A stretch of 64,000 nt of DNA from an uncultured Gammaproteobacteria bacterium (GCA_964518425.1 CAZFGG010000003.1:9634-73633), one strand, 5' to 3'. Numbered from the stretch's first letter, positions 19,739 through 30,400 are shown. The notes: a model not told the origin generated them from the letters alone. Translations and numbers: made by a program.

Positions 19739-20815
19739 CTAGGTGAAGGTGAAGGTGGAAAGAATGGTTTTGGGTACAGTGGAAGAATCGGAGCCAGCCC
19801 GTAAGAGAATGTTTCTTTCACCCGTCCAACTAGTCGGTGGTGTGCTGAATTTAATGGTAGTGGCGGGTGAACAGGATGTGCAGTTGGCTGAAGAAACAAC
19901 GGTCCAATCGCTTTGAGTGGCCATCTTATTGCCGACAGTTACTTGCGAGGTTGTGGCTGTATATTGAGCATCTTGGGTCACGAGACAACCCTGGCTAGTC
20001 GGACACACTTCAAATAAAATATTGGAGTTAGCCGGATCCGTTACTAACGCATACTCGGTTCCAAACACATTCTTTGGATCATCCGCGTGGGCGGTTTGCA
20101 AACTCCAATTCGATGGGTACTTGAACGAATACCCATACTTCGTATCAGTATACGTCTTCCACCCGGCGGTGGGATCGGTGATAACTAACGTCGACAGAAT
20201 AATTCGAAGTGTTTCGATGTCAGCCGATGTCTTTGGTTCAGAAGTAATGTTGTTGTTGGCAGTCCATCCATTCATACGATACGTTGTTAGGACGTAATAG
20301 TCGTAGTTAGGAAGATTTGTAGCCCCTAAATTCTTCCGTACGGTTTTCTTGGCTACCTGCCCAGCCAGCGTCACAGTTTCGGTGGAAATCACATTGCTAT
20401 CGTCTGTCGTTGACCCATCTGGGATAACGTAGAATAAAGACTTTGTTGTCGGCGCGGTTACCCCTGCGCCTACTGACAATGCGGGCTTTGTATCTAACGT
20501 CCAATTTGTCGGATACTTGAAAGAGAAGCCATGTGTCGAATCCGTATACGTCTTCCAATCCGCCGTTGCATCAACATCCCCGTGCGTCGGGCCGATGTTA
20601 GCATTTTGCTGATCTTCTTGGGGCGTTAGTTCGGGACTATTGGTGTTGTAGATTGGGGTGTTTACCACCTGCCCGGTATTCGTGTTCGCGGTGTTCTCCA
20701 CCTTCGTTGACCATGGCCATTTCAGCCCCGGCGAGACTGCCCAAGCGATAACGAAAATAAAAGCCGCCACGGCAAAGGCCATTACAGCGATGGGGAGAAT
20801 GGAGGCACGACGCAT
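19739..20815 (-). CDS. Membrane-anchored protein with two PsbP-like repeats
   Basis: Two WKTYTD..G(F/Y)SFKYP.NW units; shared N-terminal anchor. Confidence 0.75.
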   Translation of the reverse strand: MRRASILPIAVMAFAVAAFIFVIAWAVSPGLKWPWSTKVENTANTNTGQVVNTPIYNTNSPELTPQEDQQNANIGPTHGDVDATADWKTYTDSTHGFSFKYPTNWTLDTKPALSVGAGVTAPTTKSLFYVIPDGSTTDDSNVISTETVTLAGQVAKKTVRKNLGATNLPNYDYYVLTTYRMNGWTANNNITSEPKTSADIETLRIILSTLVITDPTAGWKTYTDTKYGYSFKYPSNWSLQTAHADDPKNVFGTEYALVTDPANSNILFEVCPTSQGCLVTQDAQYTATTSQVTVGNKMATQSDWTVVSSANCTSCSPATTIKFSTPPTSWTGERNILLRAGSDSSTVPKTILSTFTFT

Positions 20816-20863
20816 AGGGTTTGTTGTTATTTCTGCGGTGGATAAAGTATAGCACAAAATATC

Positions 20864-20893
20864 AGCCCCTCCCCTGAATTCAGGGGAGGGGCT
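20864..20893. repeat. Perfect 30-bp palindrome (REP-like or terminator)
   Basis: AGCCCCTCCCCTGAATTCAGGGGAGGGGCT followed by TGGGGTGGGG. Confidence 0.75.
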
Positions 20894-20908
20894 TGGGGTG
20901 GGGCGAGA

Positions 20909-22099
20909 TCACTTCCGCTCTTCCAACTTCACCGACACATCCTTCGCCTTGCCAGCGTGATAAACCTTCAGGGTGATGGTATCACCGGCGTTATAGCGAT
21001 TGAGGAGTCCAGTCAGCGTATGCTCGGTATCAATGTCCGTTCCATTCACGGAGACGATAATGTCGTTCACAACCAACCCCGCCTTCTCGGCTGGCGAACC
21101 AGAAACGACGGCTGGGCTATTGGTCGTGTCGTCAGCTTGGATCAAGGCCCCATGATTCACCGGTAATTTATTATTGTCGGCCAAGGCTTGTGTCACGACG
21201 ACGTAGCGGACACCAAGGAATGGTTTCACGATGTGTCCAACCTGCGTGACGCTGTCCAGATCGCGTTTGACGACGTTGACCGGAATGGCAAATCCAATCA
21301 ATTGCCCAGACTGGTTAACGGCCGTATTCATACCAACCACGTGCCCGGCTAAGTTCAGTAGTGGTCCGCCGGAGTTACCAGGGTTAATAGCTGCATCCGT
21401 TTGGAAAACATCTTCGAGCGTTTCCGTCTGGCCGTTTGAGTCGCCAGCCGTGATGGTCCGGGATTTACCTGATATGATCCCTTTGGTCACGGTGTTGCGG
21501 TATTCGCCCAAGGCGTTGCCGATGGCGATAACGCTCTCGCCAATTTGCACCTTATCGGAGTCATCGAACTGCAAAGTTGGCAAATTCGAGGCTTCAATTT
21601 TCACGACTGCCACATCGTTGGACGGGTCCTTAGCTAATACTTTGGCGTCGTATCGTTTGCCGTCATTCATAACAACCGTGTAACTGGCTTGATCGTCGTC
21701 GACGACGTGCTTATTGGTAATGATCGTGCCGTCGGACTTGGCAATAAATCCGCTCCCGCCACCGATCTCCTGCACGCCTGATTGGGGTTGCTGCGGAAGG
21801 CCAAAAAAATTATCAAACGGCGACGCTGGCTGTTGGCCGTAAATCTTGGAGAAGTCTTTAGAGATAATAATGCTCACCACGGCTGGATCGGCGGCTTTGA
21901 CAACATCAACAGTAGCCGAGTCTTCTTGGACCGCGAGGGTCTGGGTTTTTGTGCTCGTTCCACTGGCTGAGGTGGTTGTCGAGCTCATCGGACTGGCTAA
22001 TCGATAGCCAAACGCACCGCCAATCAAACCACCGGCGACAGCCGCAATCAGCAAGCTCAGACCAAGTGTTGACCGAGGGTTTGTCGTGGGTTCATTCAT
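20909..22099 (-). CDS. HtrA/DegP-family serine protease with PDZ domain
   Basis: TNKHVV, QTDAAINPGNSGGPL, one PDZ domain, N-terminal TM. Confidence 0.93.
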   Translation of the reverse strand: MNEPTTNPRSTLGLSLLIAAVAGGLIGGAFGYRLASPMSSTTTSASGTSTKTQTLAVQEDSATVDVVKAADPAVVSIIISKDFSKIYGQQPASPFDNFFGLPQQPQSGVQEIGGGSGFIAKSDGTIITNKHVVDDDQASYTVVMNDGKRYDAKVLAKDPSNDVAVVKIEASNLPTLQFDDSDKVQIGESVIAIGNALGEYRNTVTKGIISGKSRTITAGDSNGQTETLEDVFQTDAAINPGNSGGPLLNLAGHVVGMNTAVNQSGQLIGFAIPVNVVKRDLDSVTQVGHIVKPFLGVRYVVVTQALADNNKLPVNHGALIQADDTTNSPAVVSGSPAEKAGLVVNDIIVSVNGTDIDTEHTLTGLLNRYNAGDTITLKVYHAGKAKDVSVKLEERK

Positions 22100-22188
22100 A
22101 GAGATATCATCCTTTCTACTACAGTATGTAGTAGATGAATTCCCATGTCAACTGGCTGTTGGGATAGGGCGTCCAGCGGAGCCTGGGC

Positions 22189-22764
22189 TTACTGGATGGT
22201 AAAGACCGATGACACGACAGTCGGCGCGTTCTCCACCTGCCAATCCCCTTCGCTGGGGGCCTTGGTCATGGCCAGGTACTTCGCGGCGAAACGATAGGTC
22301 CCGGATGGAGCATTCATGACGACGTTGCCGAGTTGAGGTCCGGGGACTTGGGTATTCCATTGTGCTGTTTTGATCGTGTGACGGGTGAACGTCTCTTGAC
22401 CGAAGTGCGTTGTCGAGCAGGTTTCTTTGCTCAACGGAACGGCCATCCAGGTTTCTCCATCGCTCTGCAACTGTTGAACTTGCCACCAGCTATCGCTACA
22501 ACCGTCCGCGTGCTCGGTCAGCCAAATTGGTTTCCGACTATCGTTGCGCAAGGCAAGTAAAACCGTGTCTCCGGCCCGATAGACCTCTTTATCGATTTGG
22601 AATTTCAATCGTACCGACGACGTCATCACACTGGCTGGGTGGTCGAGGCTATCAGCCCCAGCTGTCGTGATTCTCGATTGCAGAACAAGAATGGCCAAGA
22701 CGCCCCAACCGACAATCAGTCCCAAGGAAATAGGGATGCTAACCCGCTTCGTAACGCCCATCAT
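22189..22764 (-). CDS. Membrane-anchored Ig-like hypothetical protein
   Basis: N-terminal TM, DKEVYRAGD, APSGTYR. Confidence 0.65.
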   Translation of the reverse strand: MMGVTKRVSIPISLGLIVGWGVLAILVLQSRITTAGADSLDHPASVMTSSVRLKFQIDKEVYRAGDTVLLALRNDSRKPIWLTEHADGCSDSWWQVQQLQSDGETWMAVPLSKETCSTTHFGQETFTRHTIKTAQWNTQVPGPQLGNVVMNAPSGTYRFAAKYLAMTKAPSEGDWQVENAPTVVSSVFTIQ

Positions 22765-23648
22765 GATGATTGGAGGAGAGTTGATAAGGATACCGGCGTG
22801 TAGCCCTTAGCTTTCAGGTCAGTCAGCAATCCCGGGAGGAACTGCGGAGTAATATCATAGCCGGCATGGAGCAAAATAATTGCCCCAGGTTCAAGTTTAT
22901 CGAGGACACGCTGCTTCGCTTGGTCAGCCGTGACGCCATCTTTCCAATCAAAGGCATCAACCGACCAGGTCACGACGCAGTACCCAGCGGCCTTGGCGGC
23001 CGCTACGACGGCAGCGTTGGTCGCGCCAAAGGGCGGCCGGACAAGTGGTTTTGAACTCTGATTGGTCGCGTTACTAATGCTTTGGTCGGCCGACGCCAGC
23101 GATGCAGTAACCTCCTCGGGTGTGAGCGTCGTGAGATCAACGCTTTTTGCGCCATGGTTGTAGATCGCGTAGCCGGCGGAGGACACTGATTTTAGGAAGT
23201 CCGCATGGGCGTCGGCGAACGTCCCGGTGCTAAAGAAGCTGGCGGCAACTTTTTGCTGTTGTATCAGGGTCAGCACCTGCTTGGCTTGATCGTTGGCGGC
23301 GGACAGGTCAAACGTCAGCGCCACGTTCTTCTTCGTTCCGAATTGTCCAATCACACCACTACAACTATCAACCGAAAAATTCGTCCATGCTTCAGAAGTT
23401 GTCACCGAGGTGTTCGTGTTGCTATTGGTCGTCGCGACATTAACGTTCACGGACGAATTTTCGTTCAGCAGGGCAATGTCGACGGAATTGGAATTTTTTG
23501 ACGCGGCGTGGGTTGAAGGCTTCTTATGACCAAAAACCGCTCGTCCAATCAGAACGACAACCAGAATGGTCACGAGCGCGCCAAGCCAGCGCCGCCACGG
23601 GAGTGGGGACGAAGCATGACGAGGTTGGTACCGGCGAAAATCACTCAT
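22761..23648 (-). CDS. Polysaccharide deacetylase (NodB/CE4)-like protein with degenerate metal site
   Basis: ALTFDLS, NHGAKS, RPPFG, WSVDAFDW, IILLH. Confidence 0.85.
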   Translation of the reverse strand: MSDFRRYQPRHASSPLPWRRWLGALVTILVVVLIGRAVFGHKKPSTHAASKNSNSVDIALLNENSSVNVNVATTNSNTNTSVTTSEAWTNFSVDSCSGVIGQFGTKKNVALTFDLSAANDQAKQVLTLIQQQKVAASFFSTGTFADAHADFLKSVSSAGYAIYNHGAKSVDLTTLTPEEVTASLASADQSISNATNQSSKPLVRPPFGATNAAVVAAAKAAGYCVVTWSVDAFDWKDGVTADQAKQRVLDKLEPGAIILLHAGYDITPQFLPGLLTDLKAKGYTPVSLSTLLQSS

Positions 23649-24192
23649 GAATAGCGACGGTTGCGCGCCGCCGTGAGTATACCACAGCCAATTGGTACAG
23701 GCCAAAGAAGAGCCCTGTATACCCTAGGTCGCCGAGAACGGTGTTGCGGAAAAACGGTAAGCCAGCGATATACGACTGGCCGAGGCCAGCCAGCGTGCGC
23801 ACATAGATGGTTCCAAAAGCCCAGACGGCCGCGTTCGTCACCAGGTAAAACAATGCTGAGCCAGCCAGGCTGGCGAGGATTAAGCGAGCGGTGGTGAGTC
23901 GCCGGGATAGCCACCGCCCAAGGGCGTAGCTAGCGGCGAAACTGGCGTAGATGCTGATTGTGATCGGCAGGAGGTCAAAACCAATGATCGTGTCGGCCAC
24001 GAGCATCAGTCCCAAGGGGACAACCAGGGCATATTTTCGCGGTAACGCGACGGCGCTGAGCATGGCCAGGGCGCTGACCGGAGCGATGTTCGGAGGCAAT
24101 GGCAGATAGCCAAAATGCCGGGTCACCCGCAAACCAGCGCCGATAATGATCAGCCCAATCGCGTACCAGGTCGTGAATGACCAACGTTTCAT
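23641..24192 (-). CDS. DUF6580/BtuM-like S-component membrane transporter, putative cobalamin uptake
   Basis: PPNIAPVSALA, LFYLVTNAAVW, Y.AGLPFFRNT..GD; downstream of a B12 riboswitch. Confidence 0.75.
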   Translation of the reverse strand: MKRWSFTTWYAIGLIIIGAGLRVTRHFGYLPLPPNIAPVSALAMLSAVALPRKYALVVPLGLMLVADTIIGFDLLPITISIYASFAASYALGRWLSRRLTTARLILASLAGSALFYLVTNAAVWAFGTIYVRTLAGLGQSYIAGLPFFRNTVLGDLGYTGLFFGLYQLAVVYSRRRATVAIHE

Positions 24193-24893
24193 TCCCATGT
24201 GACGGTCAGCGTGTCGCCCTGACTGAGACTCGTTGAGCTCAAGTCATTGACCGCCGTCCCATTCAGCTCGACAACCCATTGCCCAGTAGCGTCGTTGGGC
24301 TGATGCAAGAACGAAGCCAGGTATATTGATGCTCCCCGGCTGACATAGGTCAATGACCCGTGGAGAGCGCTGGCCGACCGGGCCAGGGCTTCAGTCACGG
24401 TCCCGCTGGCGACCGTCGTGGTGACTGTCGTTTCGCTGGTCGGTTGACGAACAGTCACGCTGACGCTTAAGGGTTGACTGGTCTTCAATCCAAGAATCTT
24501 TCCCGATGATTCGCCTGGCAAAGTAGATGGGCTGGTTGAACGCGTGACAAAACCGGCAATGGAAACCAAGGCGACCGCCGTCAGTACCCCCACCATCGGC
24601 AAGAATCGTGACCGAGCCTGAATTAACTCGGGCGGCGCGATGAGCGGACGGGAAGAGGGGGTCGGCCCAACCTTGAGTACTGGTTGGTGGATCGCCTCGG
24701 CGTAAACAGTCTTCTCGGCTACCGCTAGCGCCGCCGGTCGGATCAAGCTCCGAAGGGCAGTCGAAACTGGGACTGCACGCTCCCCGCCCATCTTCTTGGC
24801 AGAAGTGGTTGTGGTGGACCGGCGGACTGACCGCTTCGTCGAATGAGAACTTTTCCGGCGACCCGCCGGACCTGAAGCCTTAGAAGGCTTCAA
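24189..24893 (-). CDS. Membrane protein with a C-terminal DUF4430-like domain (start uncertain: TTG 24893 or ATG 24791)
   Basis: TM segment then QWVVELNG...LSQGDTLTVTW; ATGA overlap with the next gene. Confidence 0.6.
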   Translation of the reverse strand: MKPSKASGPAGRRKSSHSTKRSVRRSTTTTSAKKMGGERAVPVSTALRSLIRPAALAVAEKTVYAEAIHQPVLKVGPTPSSRPLIAPPELIQARSRFLPMVGVLTAVALVSIAGFVTRSTSPSTLPGESSGKILGLKTSQPLSVSVTVRQPTSETTVTTTVASGTVTEALARSASALHGSLTYVSRGASIYLASFLHQPNDATGQWVVELNGTAVNDLSSTSLSQGDTLTVTWE

Positions 24894-25260
24894 GCTTCCA
24901 CTCGATGGTATCCGTGTTCTTGGTTTGGTAGTCTTTCGCACCGACTTCAGCTTGTTTGCCATTAACGTAGAATGACCAATATTGGTGATCACCGGGTTTC
25001 ACGCCGTCGATAGCGTTGACGAATCCGGCGGTCGAGACATCGACCGTGTGTGTAGACTTGAGCAAGTCTAAAGCATTTTTGCCAGTTTGACCAGGGTAGC
25101 GGTGACAGCTATCAGTCTCGGTCGGACATTTGACGACAACCTGGGCACTGGTATTCGTGTGAACGACTGTATTGGCATTATAGGTCTGCGTCAGACTGCA
25201 TGAAGCGCCGGTTAGGCTCAGGGTGACCAGGACCGCCAGAAGTAGTTTTTTTTGATGCAT
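24880..25260 (-). CDS. DUF4430 (transcobalamin C-terminal-like) putative lipoprotein
   Basis: LTGASC lipobox-like motif; FVNAIDG...YWSFYVNG..A.VGA..Y....DTIEW. Confidence 0.8.
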   Translation of the reverse strand: MHQKKLLLAVLVTLSLTGASCSLTQTYNANTVVHTNTSAQVVVKCPTETDSCHRYPGQTGKNALDLLKSTHTVDVSTAGFVNAIDGVKPGDHQYWSFYVNGKQAEVGAKDYQTKNTDTIEWKLEAF

Positions 25261-25317
25261 AAGATGTTGGTGGGTTATGAATAAATCCCCGCCAACGTGT
25301 TGTAGCAGGTATTTTCT

Positions 25318-25374
25318 GTCATGGTTCGACTACCCGCTTCGCGGGCCTCGCCTCCGGCGAGGGCTCACCATGAC
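25318..25374. repeat. REP/MITE-like element
   Basis: GTCATGGT/ACCATGAC termini with two tandem internal hairpins. Confidence 0.65.
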
Positions 25375-25384
25375 ATTGAATACT

Positions 25385-25500
25385 AGCCTTTCCACGAAGG
25401 TCTTGTCTTTATCCATCATTCGACGGTGATGGAAAGGTGTCCGATTGTACGGTGGCGGGACCATCCCGGAATTGCGCCGGGTTACCTACAAACAGTGTAA
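25385..25500 (-). promoter_or_regulatory. Cobalamin riboswitch (compact type)
   Basis: Minus strand CCCGG-CGCAATT-CCGGG T-loop stem, GTCCCGCCACCGTA B12-box, ATCGGACACC, downstream CCTTCGTGGAAAGG; upstream of DUF4430/DUF6580 genes. Confidence 0.8.
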
Positions 25501-25525
25501 ATGTCCGCTATCAGGGTGTCAACCA

Positions 25526-26101
25526 CTAATAATCCAATCCCCTGGTCGCAATAATCCCCTGGTAGTAGGGGTGCTTGATCATTTTCATCTCTGTCACGAG
25601 GTCTGCGTATTTCAGCATCCACGGAATTTTTTTGTGTCCGGTCCAGATGAGGTGGATATTCTTGGCTTGCTTGTCTTTCCGTCGGTCCTTCAGAAATTGT
25701 TCAACGGGTTTGCGTTCCAACAACTTTTCCTCAACCGCTGATCCGAGTTCGTCGAGAATAACGAGTTGGAATCCACCGCGAAAAACTTTTTCCCGGGCGA
25801 CGTCGAGGGCGTGCAAAGCCGCGCCCTTATGTTGCTTTTCGGCTTTACGGTCATTGAGAATCTTGTACCATCCTTCACCCATGACCTGAACTTCAACGCC
25901 AAGTTTTTTCAAGCTCGTCCGCTCCCCGCTCGGCCACTTGGCTTCTTTCATGAACTGTAAAAAAAGCACTCGCCAGCCATACCCAGCGGCCCGAACCGCC
26001 GTCCCGACCGCCGCCGTGGTTTTGCCTTTGCCGTCACCAATATACGCATGGGTCAGGCCGTGGTCAGCGGGACGGAGTTTTTTTGGAGCGCGAGGTGGCA
26101 T
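25526..26101 (-). CDS. btuR: Cob(I)alamin adenosyltransferase (BtuR/CobO family)
   Basis: GDGKGKTTAAVG..RAAG.G, QFMK, ILDE, ADLVTEM..IKHPY..G..A.RGLDY. Confidence 0.9.
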   Translation of the reverse strand: MPPRAPKKLRPADHGLTHAYIGDGKGKTTAAVGTAVRAAGYGWRVLFLQFMKEAKWPSGERTSLKKLGVEVQVMGEGWYKILNDRKAEKQHKGAALHALDVAREKVFRGGFQLVILDELGSAVEEKLLERKPVEQFLKDRRKDKQAKNIHLIWTGHKKIPWMLKYADLVTEMKMIKHPYYQGIIATRGLDY

Positions 26102-26170
26102 ACATTCGTCGTCCTGAGGCTTACGAAGGACAATGTTGTCGATCGTGGTTCGAGAACCTCGCCACGACAA

Positions 26171-26506
26171 CTAAATTTTTATCTTCTGACTCCACCCATA
26201 CACCAGCGGCAACTGGTACCGTTTCCCCTGCCAGGCCTGGACGAATCCAACCACCATCCCGGCCACCGCCAAGGCCCAAACAATCCAGCCAATAACGGGG
26301 ATGAACCCAAAAACCGAAGCGATCAAGAGGATGACACCCTGTTTAGCGTGGAATTGAACGAACTCGTCGTTCCGTTTCACCACCAACATAATCAAGCTGA
26401 TAATCCAGACATACGACAGGGCGGCCATGATATTCTGGTCGCTCGTCGGCGGGATTTTGTTGATCTCGCTCTTAACATCTTCTTTAACTTTGTTGATGGT
26501 AGGCAT
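26171..26506 (-). CDS. DUF4870-like membrane protein
   Basis: AALSY, FVQFHAKQG, A.QG..Y.LP. Confidence 0.8.
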   Translation of the reverse strand: MPTINKVKEDVKSEINKIPPTSDQNIMAALSYVWIISLIMLVVKRNDEFVQFHAKQGVILLIASVFGFIPVIGWIVWALAVAGMVVGFVQAWQGKRYQLPLVYGWSQKIKI

Positions 26507-26532
26507 AAAATATTCCTTTCGTTAGTAGTATA

Positions 26533-27369
26533 TCACTGCTTGTCCGTTGTGGATACTTTAAGGTTATCGAAACGCACCTTTGGTAAAGCGTTTAGGGTCG
26601 GATCAGATAAACCGATACCAATACGTTTTTTGCCATTAAAGGATTGTTGCATAGTGAACGTCCACTGCATTTCCGGTCCGGCGCTTTTTGTTTCAACCTT
26701 CTTTCCATCTCGGTCGTAAAAACTGAGAAAAACTCGCACCTCGTGCAGCCCTCCCGCCGTCGGTTTTGCCTCAATATAAATCTTCCCTTTGACAGCATGT
26801 TCAAGGGGAATGTCTTGGGAAAGATACACTCGGTCTTGAGCCCTTTCAGGTAATCCGTCCGGCCTCCAGTTACGCCAAATGTTGTCTTCGTCCATTTTCT
26901 TTAATGAAACTGCTCGTCGGTCGCCATCGCCAACATTAAGTATAAAAGTATTTTCAACAATCACAAATGTGTTCATCTGTTGCGTCTTAGGCGCGACGGA
27001 AAATTCTATTACAGAGTTCTCGGTCAGTGATTTTTTTGAAAGAAAATATCCTTCGGTACACCCTCCGGCGAGAGTCATTACATTACTATCCAGGACAATA
27101 CAATTTTTTAAATTTACCAAGTCTGACATATCATTAGGATCAGCAGCAAGAATCACCTTATAGGCCGGGCTAGTAATCGCAAAAACAATACCGAGCCCGT
27201 CCTTGATGATCGGGTATAGAGCTGTCAGCACCGCTGCTGCCAAAAAAAGTTCCCTTGACCGTTTAAGTGCCCATTTACGAAGAGCACCAAAACTCAGGGA
27301 GTTTTGGTGCTTCTTCTGGCGCTGTTTCCACTTGTATAAAGTCTTTTTAGGCTTTCCCCATAAGGACAT
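26533..27369 (-). CDS. Hypothetical single-TM protein, AT-richer than its neighbours
   Basis: 278-aa ORF; no recognised motif. Confidence 0.6.
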   Translation of the reverse strand: MSLWGKPKKTLYKWKQRQKKHQNSLSFGALRKWALKRSRELFLAAAVLTALYPIIKDGLGIVFAITSPAYKVILAADPNDMSDLVNLKNCIVLDSNVMTLAGGCTEGYFLSKKSLTENSVIEFSVAPKTQQMNTFVIVENTFILNVGDGDRRAVSLKKMDEDNIWRNWRPDGLPERAQDRVYLSQDIPLEHAVKGKIYIEAKPTAGGLHEVRVFLSFYDRDGKKVETKSAGPEMQWTFTMQQSFNGKKRIGIGLSDPTLNALPKVRFDNLKVSTTDKQ

Positions 27370-27440
27370 TTCTTTGCTTACCTGTCACGAGCGGTTTCAC
27401 CTAGTTCCGTTCGATTAGTGAGTAAATTATTATAAGTTCG

Positions 27441-30400
27441 TCAACTACACCCCGTCGTCGTCCCACACTCAATGCAGAGCATGCACGAGCCATTCCGTTT
27501 CATCTTCATCGAGCCACAGTTGGTACACGTATCGCCGGTAAAGCCTTGGGCTTTGGCCACGGCTGTCGTGTTGATCGGTGATGGACTCATGGCGACATTG
27601 TTGGCCGCAACATTGGCTGGTTTTTCAATGACGGCCGTACCCGGGAACTGTGCTTGGACCGGCTGATCGTCGTGGTTCGGCTTGATCTGGACGAGGTCTT
27701 CACGATTGAGGTATTCGTACCCAAGCAAGCGGAAGATGTAATCAAGAATCGAGGTCGACATCTTGATATTCGGATGGCCGATGACTGGGCCGGCTGGTTC
27801 GAAGCGGGTGAAGGTGAATGTTTCGACCAATTCTTCCAAGGGCATACCGTACTGTAAGCTCTTCGAGACGAGGATAGCGAAACAGTTGATCAACGAGCGG
27901 TAGGCCGCGCCGTCCTTATACATGTCGATGAAGACTTCGCCCAGCCGGCCGTCATTGTACTCACCGGTCCGGAGGAAAACTTTGTGTCCGCCGACCACAG
28001 CTTCTTGGGTCCAGCCGACGCGTTTCGGCGGCAACTTCTCTTTGACCGCCCGCATGGCCGCGATATTGTTGACCTGCTGCGGCGTCACTTCTGCCACGTC
28101 GTCGTCGACCGCGCCAAGGGCCGTGATCTCATCGTCATCAGAATTGGAGTTCAGGGGTTGTGATAATTTCGAACCGTCACGGTAGAGCGCCACCGCTTTG
28201 AGCATCATCTTCCACGAATCCCAGTAGACCTGCTTGACCTCTTCGATCGACGCTTCGGCCGGCATGTTGATCGTCTTGGAGATAGCGCCAGAGATGAATG
28301 GTTGAGTGGCGGCCATCATTTTGACGTGGGCATTGTAGGCGATGTAACGCTGACCCTTGGTGCCACATTTATTGGCGCAGTCAAAAATCGCGTAATGTTC
28401 TTCTTTTAGGTGCGGCGCGCCTTCGATAGTCATGGTCCCAACGACGTACTCATTGGCCAGGGTGATCTGATCTTTGGTGAAGCCAATCGTTTCAAGAATG
28501 TTTAAGGAGGGATCGTCAACTTTGACACCCAACCGATTGATGATGTCCGGGCCAAGCGTAGCCGGATTGAAGACGAAACGGATATCAAAGGCACCGTCCA
28601 GCGTCAATTCAATCTTGGCCAGGTCTTCGCCGGTCAATCCTTTGGCTTTGAGCGTTTCGTGATTGATGTGCGGGCTACCGAGCAAGGTGCCATGACCCTT
28701 ACAGTAGTTTTCGATGTCCACGATTTGCTGATCAGAGTACCCCAAGCGCTTGAGCGCTTTCGGCACAGATTGGTTGACGATTTTAAAGTATCCGCCGCCG
28801 GCAAGTTTCTTGAATTTCACAATGGCGAAATCCGGCTCAACACCAGTTGTATCGCAATCCATCAGTAGGCCGATCGTACCAGTCGGCGCGATAACCGTGA
28901 CTTGGGCGTTGCGGAAGCCGTAGTCTTTCCCCCACTGGAGAGCACGGTCCCAGGCTTCGCGAGCGGCTCGGATGAGGTACTCGGGCGCGGCTTTCGGGTC
29001 AATGCCCATGGGCGTAATGCTCAACCCTTCATATTCGCTGGCCGGGGCGTTGTAGGCCGCCCGACGGTGATTTCGAATAACCCGGAGCATGTGGTCTTTG
29101 TTCCGTTCATAGCCGGGGAAAGCGCCGAGGTGCGAAGCGATCTCGGCCGAAGCGGCGTAGGCTTCGCCGGTCATGATCGAGGTCAGTGAGCCCGCGATCG
29201 ACAAGGCTTGTGGCGAGTCGTACGGTACGCCCATCATCATCAAGACTGTCCCGAGGTTGGCGTAGCCGAGACCAAGCGTGCGGAAGATGTAGGACAAGCG
29301 GGCAATTTCTTTACCTGGAAATTGGGCCATCAGAACCGAAATTTCTAGAGTGATCGTCCAGAGCCGGCAGGCATGTTTGAATCCATCGACGTTGAAGGTG
29401 CCGGTTTCAGGGTTATAGAAATGGGCTAAATTGATTGACGATAAATTACAGGCCGTATCGTCGAGGAACATATACTCCGAACAGGGGTTCGAGCCGTTGA
29501 TCCGGCCGTCTTCCGGACAGGTGTGCCATTCGTTAATCGTCGTATCGAATTGTAACCCCGGGTCAGCGCAAGCCCAAGCGGCGTACGCGATTTCATCCCA
29601 CAGGTGCCGCGCCGGAACAGTCTTGGCGACGTCGCGTGTTGTCCGCCAGAGTAAATTCCAGGGCTGATCCCGCTCGACATTATCCATGTAGGTATTCGTG
29701 ACGCGGACCGTGTTGTTGGAGTTTTGACCGGCCACCGTCTGATAGGCCTCGTCTTCGAAGTGCGTAGAAAATGTTGGGAAGTCAATGTGATCATGGCCTT
29801 GCTCAACCAAAGCTAAACAGCGCTGGATGTAGCTGAGCGGAACGTGGCGTTGTCGGGCGTGACGGACGGCCTGGCCGAGCCGGGCGCTCTTGCGATAATC
29901 GGTGGTGTTCTCTTCGCTGGCCACGGCCATGATGACGTTGAGTTCGTGGTTGTTGATTTTGCTTCCGGCCACCAGGTCGGCGACTTTCTGTTCTTCTTCC
30001 ACTTTCCAATCAATGAACTGTTCAATATCTGGATGATCGACGTCGACCACGACCATTTTGGCCGCCCGCCGGGTCGTGCCGCCAGATTGGATGGCGCCGG
30101 CGCTGCGATCGAAGATTTTCAGGAAAGACATCAAGCCGGAACTATGACCGCCGCCGGACAATTTCTCTTCCCGGCCGCGCAGGGCCGAGAAGTTCGATCC
30201 GGTCCCGGAACCAAATTTGAACAGCCGCGCTTCACGCGTGACCAGGTCGAAAATACCGCCCTCGTTGACGAGATCATCGTTGATTTTCTGAATGAAGCAG
30301 GCGTGCGGCTGGGGGTGGGTATAGGCGTCCGTTGATTCTTTCAAAACACCGCTCTGCGGATCAATGTAGTAGTGCCCCTGAGGCGTACCAGTAATCCCGT

